Shown: one piece after another, positions 22,859 to 32,951 of the stretch
How the letters are laid out: every line of letters begins with the position of its first letter
How positions within the stretch are numbered: position 1 is the first letter of the stretch
NCBI RefSeq assembly: GCF_000281045.1
Contig: NW_008246086.1
Span: 174,513 to 216,537, forward strand
Length of the DNA stretch: 42,025 bases
DNA from: Saprolegnia diclina VS20
Lineage: Eukaryota
Direction: 5' to 3'
Notes under the pieces: model-generated
What the model was told of the DNA's origin: nothing
Databases searched by the model: none
What the model saw: the letters and a program-made list of their open reading frames with translations, nothing else
Program-made: the position numbers and the translations under genes

Positions 22859-24887
22859 CTACGCCATGGAGAAGCCCGTCACGTCCATCGCGGCCACCTG
22901 CGCGCATCATCATCACCATCCGCCCCTCTCTCAAGTACGAGCTCGACAAAGGCGTACCAGCGTGAGCGCCTCGAGCAGCACCGCCTTGCTCTTGTAGTCG
23001 GGCAGGTCCAAGCTATACGCGGGTCGATACAGTGCGAAGTAGCCAACGAGGATGAGACGCCCACCGGTTGCAGCAGGTGCGTGCGACGGGGTACTGCATC
23101 GTGTCGGTCATGGGTACAACGCGGAGCGTAAAGTGGCACAGCTTGCCGTCTCGGGTCGTGAGCCCCTAGATACGACGCCTCCGGCTTTGTGGTGGCGACA
23201 GAAGACGACGTACGCGGAAGCCCTGGAAGGGCACGCACGGACTCCCAGTGACAAACTGCAGCAACCGCGCGCGCTGCGCGTGCGAGAAGCCAGCGACGAT
23301 GTCCCAAAACCACGCGATCGTTCGTTCGTCGCTGCTGCTGCCGCCGTAGATGAACGTGTGGCGCTTCCAGTCGGCCACGTCGATAGCATCGAGGCCTATG
23401 CTCTTCAGCCTCCATAATTGCGAGAGAAACGAGCGTACCGCAGAGCACGAGTCGGAGCTCTTCGTGGTCAAAGACCGAGAGCATTCGTTGGGGTACAATG
23501 TCATTGACGCCATCGAGAAACGCAGCAAGCGCGGCGGGTGCGCGCGTGGCGCAGCGGTACTGGACGTAGCGCGCGACGAACGCCGCCTTGTTGTCGTTGG
23601 TGACGAGCACATCGCGGCCGCCCGGCACCAAGTCGATGACGCGGCCGTCGGGTGATAGGACACTACGAATGCACGCTTCGTCCATGCCCAGATCTGAAAG
23701 GCAATGTGGCACCTAAAGTCGAGCGCGAGGGCTGCCACGTCATGGTCCTCGGCCGTTACAAGCCAGTGCAAACTCGCGTGCAGCGACGGGTCCACGAAGC
23801 GCAGGTCGTCAAGACCAAAGGGCATGCCCACGAGATGCTTGAGGAGCACGACGTTGAAGCGCGCGGGCAGTGCGTGGCCGTCAAAGAGAGCCCGTCCGAT
23901 GAAGCGGCCAATGCCCCGGTACCACTACCATACGTCAACATAGCAGCAGCAGTCGACAGCGTCGGAACCAACCTGCGGGTCCATCGCCGCGTTGATCTCG
24001 AGCGTATGGCCGTGCGTCGTCGCAAAAAAGCCGGTCGCGGGATCAAAAAGCGCCGAGGCCACGAGTGTGTACCACTCGCGCTCGAGGCCGCCCGCGTCGA
24101 CGCCGGGCTCGTCATCGAAGCGCACCGAGAACGGCTTGTACACGTCGGCCTCCGCGAGTGCGTCGAGGGCGCGGCACATGGCCTGCACAACGTCGTCGCC
24201 GTGCCGCGTCGTGCAAAGCGTGACAAACTTGTGCCGCTGCCCAACCTTGAGCCACGCTAGAGCTTTGAGGAACCACTGGAATTTCAGAGAAAACGAAAGC
24301 GCATGGACGCCAACGACGTCTTCCGACGCCTCGCGGCGGCGCGCGTTGAACTCGGCGACAGTCTCGGTACGAATCGACGCCTCGTGGACGTGGACCACGT
24401 ACGCGTCGGCTTCGATGCTCTCGCCGCGCACGTGCTGCCAGCGGTACTGGCCGTCCGGTAGCACAAAGCGGTGCCAGTCGCGCCGGTGCCTACAACTCCG
24501 ATCTTAGTCCAACCCAACGTCGCAAAGCGGTCGTACTGCGCCGCGGTCGTGGCCTTGGGCGTCGAGACGCACACATACGGCGCCTCACTGCGTTGGCCCA
24601 AGCCGCACAAGAGGCACGCGCTCGCGGCGCTGTTGTTGGCAAACGCGCAGGCCGTGCACGTCCACGTGCCGGCCGCCGTGTCCCTACATCGCGTTCGAAA
24701 CAGCTCGATCCAAACGGGCGTACGTGGATGCGAGGTCCTGGACCGTGTCGACGCCGGGCAGCAAGCTCACGATGGCGTCGCCGGCGCGAGTCTGGCCAAC
24801 GTACTGGCAGACGCCCCACGCGATGAGGAGGACAAACATGACGACGTACGTGACGATGACAAAGACGTCCGTGGACGGTGTACCCAT
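22859..24887 (-). CDS. HECT E3 ubiquitin ligase with N-terminal transmembrane helix and RanBP2-type zinc finger, multi-exon
   Basis: TM VFVIVTYVVMFVLLIAW; WTCTACAFANNSAASACLLCG; VRFDDEPGVDAGGLEREWY; RLLQFVTGS; catalytic region PVARTCCNR/LDLPDY; ends TGFSMA* with Phe at -4. Confidence 0.88.
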
Positions 24888-25036
24888 GCTCTATAGATGC
24901 CGGCGATCGAAGATGGGTTCTGTGCTGGGACCCGGCGCCAGATGGGCCCGTTGTCGCTGCTGTTGCGTTTTTCGGACAGAAAAATACAGTGTTTGATTTC
25001 CAGTGTATATAGAGAAATGCAATAGAGACGATGATC

Positions 25037-26785
25037 TTACAAGCGGTTGACGTGGATGTTGGCGAGGTACGGCTCGACGACCTTCTGGATCGCGCCCGAG
25101 CGCACGAGGTCGAGGACGGCGTCGATGTCCGGCGCGATGTAGCGGTCCTTGTCCATGGCGGGCACGCGGCTGCGCACGAGGCGGTACACGGCCTCGAGCG
25201 CGTCCGTCGTCTTGAGCGGGCGGTGGAACTCGAGCGCCTGGCAGGCCGCGAGGAGCTCGATCGCAAGCACCGTCTCGACGTGCGTCACGACCGTGAGCGC
25301 CTTGCGCGCGGCAAAGCCGCCCATCGACACGTGGTCTTCCTTCCCGCCGGACGTCGAGAGCGAGTCGACCGACGACGGGTGGCAGAGCACCTTGTTCTCC
25401 GAGACCAAGGCCGCCGACGTGCAGTGGGCAATCATGAAACCCGAGTTGAGGCCGCCGTCCGCGACAAGGAACGCCGGGAGACCCGAGAGGGACGGGTTCA
25501 CGAGGCGCTCAATGCGGCGCTCGCTCACGCTCGCCAGTTCGTGGACACCGATCGCGAGGAAGTCGAGGGCCTTGGCCGGGTACTCGCCGTGGAAGTTGCC
25601 GCCCGAAATGATAAAGCCGCCGCCGCCGCGGTAGAACGTGTCGGACGTGCGCTTCATCGAGCGCGCTTCCTTCTCGGTGAGGAGACGCTTGAGGCGCGCG
25701 ATTTCTTCGTTGGCGGCCGCCAAGTCGGCGGGCTTGGTCGCCGACTCGTGCTCGTCAATGAGCTCGGCGTGCTGCGGCGCAAAGTCCGTGGTCACGTCGG
25801 CCGAGCCCACAAACACCATCGGGTTGTCGGTCGCCGAGTTCATCTCGACGTTGATGATACCGCGCACAAACTCGATCGTGTCGTTGACGATACCGTGGAT
25901 CTGCGGCGCACACCGGAGCGTGTACGCGTCCTGGACCTTGCCCGCGTAGTTGTGCGACTGGAAGAGTTCGGACGGCTTGTCCGCCTGCAGCAAGGTGCGG
26001 ATGCGGTCCGCGACCATGCGCTGGCCCTTATGCGGGCGCACTTCATGGATGCGCGGGTGGAACGCGTTGACCGTGCCTTTGAGCACTTCGAGCGTGAGCG
26101 CAACTGCAATGTCGGCGACCTCGGCGACGTTGGCGGCGCGCACGACGGCTTCGCAGCCGATCGACGTGATGAGCTGCGTGCCGTTGATCATCGCGAGGCC
26201 CTCCTTGGCCTTGAGCTGCACGGGGCGGAGACCACGCGCCTTGAGCACCTCGGCCGCGTCCTTGATCTTGTTGCCGTCCTTCGTGTCCCACATCTTGCCT
26301 TCGCCCATCATGCCGAGCGCCAAGTGCGCAAGCGGCGCGAGATCGCCGGACGCACCGACCGTACCCTTCTCCGGCACGATCGAGAGGCAGTCGTTGTTGA
26401 ACGCGTCGATGAGCTGCTCGAGCGTGTCGACGCTAATACCGCTGTGGCCCTTGGCGAGCACGTTGATGCGCAGCGCGAGGAGCATGCGAGTCGCCGACGG
26501 CGAGAGCGGGCTGCCGACGCCCGACGAATGCGACCGAATGAGGTTGTCCTGGAGCTCGTGGAGCTTATCGGACGAGATGACAATGTTCGAGAACAAGCCA
26601 AAGCCCGTGTTGATGCCGTACGCGACTTTGTTTTCGGCGAGGATGTTGTCGACGACTTGGCGGCCGCTCTGGACCTTGGCCCACGCGTCGGCGCTCAGCT
26701 GGATCTTGGTCTCGCCCTTGGAGAGGAGGACGAGGTCCTCGGCCTCGAGCGAGAAGCCATCGAGTGTAAGGGTCTTCGAGCTCAT
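25037..26785 (-). CDS. HAL: Histidine ammonia-lyase (histidase), intronless, 582 aa
   Basis: [11 protein letters not shown] motif [59 protein letters not shown]. Confidence 0.96.
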   Translation of the reverse strand: MSSKTLTLDGFSLEAEDLVLLSKGETKIQLSADAWAKVQSGRQVVDNILAENKVAYGINTGFGLFSNIVISSDKLHELQDNLIRSHSSGVGSPLSPSATRMLLALRINVLAKGHSGISVDTLEQLIDAFNNDCLSIVPEKGTVGASGDLAPLAHLALGMMGEGKMWDTKDGNKIKDAAEVLKARGLRPVQLKAKEGLAMINGTQLITSIGCEAVVRAANVAEVADIAVALTLEVLKGTVNAFHPRIHEVRPHKGQRMVADRIRTLLQADKPSELFQSHNYAGKVQDAYTLRCAPQIHGIVNDTIEFVRGIINVEMNSATDNPMVFVGSADVTTDFAPQHAELIDEHESATKPADLAAANEEIARLKRLLTEKEARSMKRTSDTFYRGGGGFIISGGNFHGEYPAKALDFLAIGVHELASVSERRIERLVNPSLSGLPAFLVADGGLNSGFMIAHCTSAALVSENKVLCHPSSVDSLSTSGGKEDHVSMGGFAARKALTVVTHVETVLAIELLAACQALEFHRPLKTTDALEAVYRLVRSRVPAMDKDRYIAPDIDAVLDLVRSGAIQKVVEPYLANIHVNRL

Positions 26786-27391
26786 GCTGCTGTTGTCGTT
26801 TGCTTGTCGAAAGGCAAATTCGGAAATGAGCAGCACCCGCGCCCACCCACGCAAGATCGCATCCTCTTGGGCTTTGTATACAGACGGATTAAGTGCGATA
26901 CACAAGTGCTGAGTTAAGTGCGCTTGCGACAGCTGGCCGCCAACTTCAAGGCTGGGGTCACGCGCGCGCGAGCGGTCCACGCCCGTGCTAGCGACTGCGT
27001 TTGCTGTCCGCCGGACGCCAATGCCTCGTATGTACCTCGTACTAAAGGCTCATAGGGTACGTGGCGCGCTGAACGACCAGATAGAGGTCGGCGGCGACGC
27101 GGCGGTAGGACGCGCCTTCGTCACGTGATCCATGTCGATCTTCATGACGTCACCGGCGCGGAACGCCGGTCGTGGCCATCTGGCAGCTGGCGGCGGCCTT
27201 TACTGGCGGCTACTGGCTGGCGCCTGGTGAGCCGCACGTTTGATATCTTGATTTGCCACTGTGCACCATCTGCCAAGGACGGTAAGGAAACCTCCTCCTT
27301 CCTCGTCGCCAACACGACACAAAGGCGCTCGATCAAAGAGAACGCAGGACTTATGGTTGGTTGAGTGCAAGGTGCTTAGTATGTTGTTAGA

Positions 27392-29551
27392 TCAACTACT
27401 AAAGTCACTCGAGTCGCTGGGGCTGACCACGGGAGAGGCGACCTTCGGGCGCTTCGGAAGCCGCTCAGTGTCCATCACCTCGCGCTTCTTCTTCTTTCTA
27501 CGAGCATGGCATTGGGATCACGGTCCGTTGAGGTTGAGGCCATGCGTACCGGTCCGTGTCTGTTACAGCAGCCGCAGCCGCCAGCGGGCTTGGAGGTACG
27601 GACGGCTTGGGCTTCTTCTGGGTCCTACGCAATCAAACGTATGGCACGGTGAGGCGTCAAGCGAATCGCGTTGGCGCCGCACCGGTCCGAGCCATCGGCG
27701 GCCGTCTTGTCACGACGGCTAGTTTAGTCGCAGGTCAGCGCTCCATATACCACGGCACATTGGAGCTCATCATACCTCATCGTCGTCTTGTCCGCCGGCA
27801 CGCTACATCAGCATGACAGACCAAATGAGATGGTGGACATGCAAGATGTGAGTACCTCAACTTGGTGGCGGGCGAGCCTTTGGCCAACGTTTCCTTCTTC
27901 ATCCTGTGCATCCCGCCGTTAGCACTAGCTGGTTTAACCTAAGGTACCTCTCACGGCGTGCCTCGAGCAAGGCAACGGTGCGGGCCTTTGGAGGCATCTC
28001 CAAGCTACGCCATCACACTCGTCGGTCCACGCCACGGCCAAGCAATAGTCGTACTTGGGCTTGACACTTCGCTTGCTCGGCTCGGACTTGATGTCTTTCT
28101 TGATGCTAGTAGAGGACGTTGCAAGGGCGTGGCATGCGAGAGGTGTGTACCCTAGCTTGGAGATCAAGAGTGACGTCGCTGACGGTGGTGCTGGCGGCAT
28201 GGCCGCACGCGGCTTCTTCTCGAGCGGATGTTTGCTCTTCTCTGCGAGCTGGTGCTTGGTTTTACTCGCGGCGTTGAGAATGGCTTGGGCGCCCGACTCT
28301 TTCTTGGCCTTGCGCGTTGCCATTTCGTGGCAGCTCGCGCTCGTGATGGTCGGGATCCACGTCGAGACTCTAGAGACATCCATATATATGTATGACGAGA
28401 CGCGTGTATGGTATATGGACAGACGTGGCTGGGTCTTGGAGATATGGGTGCGACCGAAAGTACTCGGACTGGAGCGCTTGCTCGGCGTTGAAGCGCTTCT
28501 TCGGGTCGATCTGCAGCAGCTTGTCGAGCAGCTCGAGAAAGCCTTTGGGCAGCGGCCGCTTGCGCTTCTCGGCCTTGCTGTTCATCATCGTCTTGAGCTG
28601 CCACGTGCGCTTGTCGGGCTGAATAAACTTCTCATAGTGGGGCAAGTGCGAAATGCCATTCACTTCTTCGACCGCGCTGCCGCAGACATCGATGATCTTG
28701 GCCATTTGGTCGGCTTCGACCTTGCCCGCAAAGATGGGGTGCCCGAGGAAGAGCTCGGCCATGACGCAGCTAGCCATCACCGCTCAGTCAAAGAAGTGGA
28801 CAAGGAGCGTAGCATCTACCCTGCGCTCCACATGTCGATGCTTCCGTCATAGTCGTTGGCACCGAGAAGCAGCTCGGGGGCGCGGTACCACAGCGTTACC
28901 ACCTAGCGTCGCGATGAAGACACCAGAAACGCGATGCAAGGACGTAGGTACCTTGTTCGTAAACTTGGGGTTCGTCCGCGCCGTGCGTGCAAGGCCATAG
29001 TCGGCAAGCTTGACTTCGTGGTCGGCCGTGAGGAGGATGTTGGAGCACTTGATGTCCCGGTGGACGACGTCGCGTAAGTGCATGTACTGCAGCGCTTCGA
29101 GGAGTTGCTTCATGATGTACTTGGCGGCGACTTCGGTAAAGACATGGCCCGACTGGAGGAGGCCTGTCAAGTCGTGTGGCACAAACTCAAGCACGAGGTA
29201 GATCGAGCCGCTGGCGTAGTCGACGCCCGTCTCGGTCGCATGGTTCGAGTATGCACTGTCGTCGGCGGCGCCGCCGCCCCCAAGATCGTCGTCGTCGTCG
29301 TCTTTTTGCTTGCTCACGACGACCTCCTTGAGCTGGACGAGGTTTGGGTGGCGTAGCGCCTTGAGCGCTGCGATCTCGCGCAAGGTCGTGATCGGGATGC
29401 CCTCGGCCTCGTTGAGCGTCTTGATCTTCTTCATGGCCACGCGCTCGCCCGTCGCCTTGTGCTTGGCCTCGTACACGCAGCCGTACGTGCCCGAGCCGAC
29501 GCACTTGACCTTCTCGTAGACCTCGACGCTCCGGGTTCCATAGGCCGCCAT
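27392..29551 (-). CDS. Cyclin-dependent kinase of the CDK9/CDK12/plant CDKC type with a basic low-complexity tail, multi-exon (3' exons approximate)
   Basis: GSGTYG, VAMKKI, PITTLRE, HRDIKCSN, DYGLAR, FTNK/VVTLWYRAPELLLG, SCHEM motif after the kinase domain. Confidence 0.88.
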
Positions 29552-29781
29552 GCCACTGCTGAGCTCGATGGACCCGACCAAGCAGAGATAGCACACTATA
29601 TTAGGTGTACCTAAATAGTATGTATTCAACACTATATTTGACATAGGACACACCATGACACTAATTGAGCGTAATCCTTGATATGGTGTTGAAAATGTGA
29701 AATTGAAATGGTGTGATTTGGTCATCGTATCCGGACAAAGACCGGTGGCAAAAGGTCGATCGACCCAGCAGACGACGACGC

Positions 29782-31174
29782 ATGCAGTACCTGGACGAAT
29801 GCGTCCACCAGATGCGGGCCTGCGCGGACAAGGTGCATGATGGCGATGGACGCATGAGGTTGACGATACATGTAGCTGCGCGGGTCCAAGCATGCGCTCG
29901 TAGACGCGCTCGAGGCCATGCGCGAGGAAGAGCTGCCCGTCGTCAAGTTTGTACGTCGCCATGCGATCGCCAACGATCTCATGCGTGGAGGTAGAAGCAC
30001 AAGCTTCTGTACGAGGCCCATGAGAAGGAAGAGGACATCCGCGAGCGCAACCTCAAGAAGTTTGAAGCGCTCGAGAAGCAAGGTACGCCATCCTCTCTAT
30101 CTCGTGGCTCATTCGAGGCACGTAGCCCACGAGATGCTCGACAAGATGCTTGCCGAGAAGAAACAGCTCGAGACCGAGATGCGCCGGCAGTCGCAGCAGT
30201 TCCGCAACGTCATGGACCAGCGCGACGCCGACGTCGAGGTACCTATCTCTCGACGGCGACCATAGCCAACGAGGTTTTAGGCAGAATACTCCAAGGCGCT
30301 TGGCCAGCTCCACGACGAGCTCGAAGACACGACGCAGGTAGATCCATTCTAGTATCAACGCGATTTACATGCGTTTTCTAGCAACTGGAGCTGGCGATCC
30401 GGATTCGGGATGCCAAGCACGCCCACTTGACCGACCTTCCCGCGCCGTCGGCCGACTTGGACGAGCTTGTAGCGACAAACGCGGCGCTGAAAGCCCAAGT
30501 CGAAGACGCCAACGAAGACGTAGCAGCACTCAAGGACGAGTACCATGCGCTCAAGAACGCGCCGATCAAGCGCAAGCCGCAGGACGAGCTCGTCTCGGCC
30601 AAGTCCCGCGCGCTCGCCGAGAAGAAAGGTCGTGTGCATTCAACGACGGCGACGGTTGCGACGTCGCTTCCCCTTAGATGCGATGGAGTGTGTCCACCTG
30701 CAGCAGGAGATTCGTGTGCTCCAGCAAACCCACCACTCGATGCAAAACAAGGTACGACATCGTCGCCAAGCGGGTATTGATGGCGTCCACAGTCGACCCA
30801 GCGCCACTGGCTCGAGCTCCAAGTCCAAGAAAACAAGCGCGTCGAAGAAGCCATCGCCAACGTACGTGCGATCGCAAGCGTCTCTGGGCCCAGTTGGATG
30901 CAATTAGGTGGCCGCCGAGATCGAGACGACCAAGACCAACCTCGTCCAGACGTCGATCCGACTGCAGTCACTGCTGCGGACATTGGCGTCGTCCCCAACC
31001 GTCGGCGCGGTCATGACGCGTCTTTACGGTCTCTTTTCGCCGACCAACGTGACGCTGTCGGTCGCCGACTGCTTGGCCGCGAGCCCCAGCGAACCCGAGG
31101 GCAGGCAGGCGCTGCTCGAGCTCGAGCAAATGGGCCTCGTCCGGCGCGAAAGCGACTTTATCACCAAGCTCTAG
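29782..31174 (+). CDS. Coiled-coil protein with a possible C-terminal winged helix, multi-exon
   Basis: Short heptad-rich exons separated by GT-AG introns, from MQYLDECVHQMRACADK to ...ALLELEQMGLVRRESDFITKL*. Confidence 0.7.
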
Positions 31175-31524
31175 ACGCCATACAACTCGTATTTGCATCA
31201 CTTTTTCTTTTCGCAGAGTCGTTGGCTGCGCTCGATACTGAGAAAGGGTGATCATGACAGCAGACGCGCTTCGAGCCGACACTGCTGACGCTGGATGGGT
31301 CTTTATTGACCCTTGCCGCCCGAGGCAAGACGCGAGGTCGATATTCTGCAGGCAAAGTCTTGTGTTCAACCCAGATGACTAACAGCACCATGTCTCAAAA
31401 GCCAGTGCAGAGTCGGCGTTGCAAGTGGCGCCGAAATTTAGAGCAAAGATGTGACATCAAGTTATCGTATATATTTGGTCATTGCTGCGGTGAAGAAAGC
31501 TAGCTAGGCGTGCGAGGTACATCA

Positions 31525-31613
31525 TCGGTATTAATCAAGGTTGGTCTCATGTCGTGACCGAGCCCCGCTTGTGCAGCGGGTCCGGCCTACTCAGAAACGA
31601 GGAATTCCATCAC
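31525..31613 (-). ncRNA. Candidate C/D-box snoRNA (snR57-like) guiding the 18S site equivalent to yeast Gm1572; possible second guide
   Basis: Minus strand: GUGAUG(G) box C, GGAAUUCCUCGUU (13 nt antisense to 18S AACGAGGAAUUCC), 1 nt, CUGA; hairpin; AUGAGA; CUUGAUUAAU (10 nt antisense to 18S AUUAAUCAAG), 1 nt, CCGA. Confidence 0.65.
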
Positions 31614-31778
31614 NNNNNNNNNNNNNNNNNNNNNNNNNNNNNNNNNNNNNNNNNNNNNNNNNNNNNNNNNNNNNNNNNNNNNNNNNNNNNNNNNNNNNNN
31701 NNNNNNNNNNNNNNNNNNNNNNNNNNNNCCCGCTTGTGCAGCGGGTCCGGCCTACTCAGAAACGAGGAATTCCATCAC
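31564..31778. repeat. Exact 50-bp direct repeat (31564-31613 and 31729-31778) flanking a 115-N gap
   Basis: CCCGCTTGTGCAGCGGG...GGAATTCCATCAC is identical on both sides of the gap. Confidence 0.95.
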
Positions 31779-31916
31779 AGCCAAAAAGGCTGGACGAAAT
31801 GAAATCACACGTGTCGATATGCAGCAAAAATGTAGAAACCATGCAAAATATACAAATGAAAATGCAGAAAAATGCAAAATGCAGGACACGCGGTGGCCGT
31901 CGTCGCAGGTCGTCGA

Positions 31917-32053
31917 GTCACGTCGTCGTTGTCGTCGTCGTCGTTGTCGCCTCAAGGGTTGTTGATTGTTTCCACAGTCGAACGTTCGGAGTATATTAAA
32001 GTTTGTTGTGCTCTCACCGGCAACAACAAGGACGACGACGGCGACGACGTGAC
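31917..32053. repeat. 35-bp imperfect inverted repeat (31917-31951 / 32019-32053) enclosing a snoRNA core
   Basis: GTCACGTCGTCGTTGTCGTCGTCGTCGTTGTCGCC versus GGCAACAACAAGGACGACGACGGCGACGACGTGAC. Confidence 0.85.
31943..32027 (-). ncRNA. Candidate C/D-box snoRNA with variant boxes, guiding an 18S U in GUAUAUUAAAGUU
   Basis: Terminal stem, 3-nt bulge, box C GUGAGAG (32017-32011), guide AACUUUAAUAUAC (32003-31991), 1 nt, D' CCGA, box D UUGA (31955-31952) directly against the stem. Confidence 0.7.
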
Positions 32054-32230
32054 AGCGGCGCGAGCGAGGTGGATCATGGCCACGCGCGGTCGGTGCGATG
32101 CTAGGCAGAGAGATGATGCCGTCAAGGTCAGATGAGTCAATCCAAGTGCAGAGGAGGATGGCGTGGAAGCAGCAGCAGGTACCAGGTACGTGGTCCGAAG
32201 GGTGTCCCTCTTGGCTCTTGCATTTACAAC

Positions 32231-32728
32231 TTAGTTTTCGGGGATGTCGATCTCGCCTTCCGTGATGCGGCGCTGGATCTCGGTCGCGGCTTCGCCGTTG
32301 ACCGTGCAGCCGAGCGACGCAGCCGTGCCGAGCATCTCCTTGACCGTGCCCGACAAGTGGCGGGCCATCGAGCGCGAGCGCATCGTGCGGGCGACGTCAA
32401 TGACCGTCTCGAGCGTCAAGTTGCCATCGTGCTTGATGTTCTTGACCTTCTTGCGATCACGCGGGGGTTCCTTGAGGGCCTTGACGAGGAGCGACGAGGC
32501 CGACGGGATGAGCGAGACCGTCGCGACGCGGTTCACGATCGTGAGCTTGACCGTGACCGAGAGACCCTTCCAGTCCTGCGTGGCCTTGCAAATGTCTTCG
32601 CCGACCTTCTTGGGCGAGAGGCCGAGCGGACCGACCTTGGGCGCGAGCGCCGACGCGGGCGCGATTTCACCGCCCGTCGTGCGGAGGATCACAACGCGTT
32701 CTTCGCCAGCCGGAGGAGGGGGAGCCAT
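32231..32728 (-). CDS. RPL12: 60S ribosomal protein L12 (uL11), intronless
   Basis: [68 protein letters not shown]. Confidence 0.97.
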   Translation of the reverse strand: MAPPPPAGEERVVILRTTGGEIAPASALAPKVGPLGLSPKKVGEDICKATQDWKGLSVTVKLTIVNRVATVSLIPSASSLLVKALKEPPRDRKKVKNIKHDGNLTLETVIDVARTMRSRSMARHLSGTVKEMLGTAASLGCTVNGEAATEIQRRITEGEIDIPEN

Positions 32729-32857
32729 TGTGGTTGTAGAGAAATCAAAGAGAGACTGTGAGCCAAAATGCAATCTCAGTCACGCCCCACGCAGCGCGTA
32801 CGAACCAACCAACTCGATTGTCCGAATTTCACATGGATCCTAATTAGGACCCCGCCA

Positions 32858-32870
32858 TTCGTTTGATTGG
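32858..32870. promoter_or_regulatory. CCAAT-box-like element in the RPL12 / large-gene divergent promoter
   Basis: TTCGTTTGATTGG; related CCAATCA motifs lie upstream of JMJD6 (20231, 20279) and the pseudouridine synthase (37068). Confidence 0.5.
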
Positions 32871-32951
32871 TCGAGCGCAAACGAGTGGTGCGGTTGGAAA
32901 ACCTCTCGCAAAGCATAATTTCCCAAAACCTCTCAAAACGCATACTTGAAG

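Noticed and set aside
25031..26917. 628-aa plus-strand ORF antisense to HAL
   Set aside because: Shadow ORF produced by high GC3 codon bias; no independent motifs.
26786..26980. N-terminal extension of the HAL ORF to 647 aa
   Set aside because: Begins at a non-ATG codon in promoter-like sequence; the ATG at 26785 fits the family start.
29552..29962. Upstream extension of the CDK ORF
   Set aside because: Runs through the AT-rich divergent promoter and into the opposite gene.
31752..32140. Short R/V/S-rich ORFs and a possible (GTC)n microsatellite or MITE
   Set aside because: Better explained as arms of the hairpin around the snoRNA core; no target-site duplication seen.
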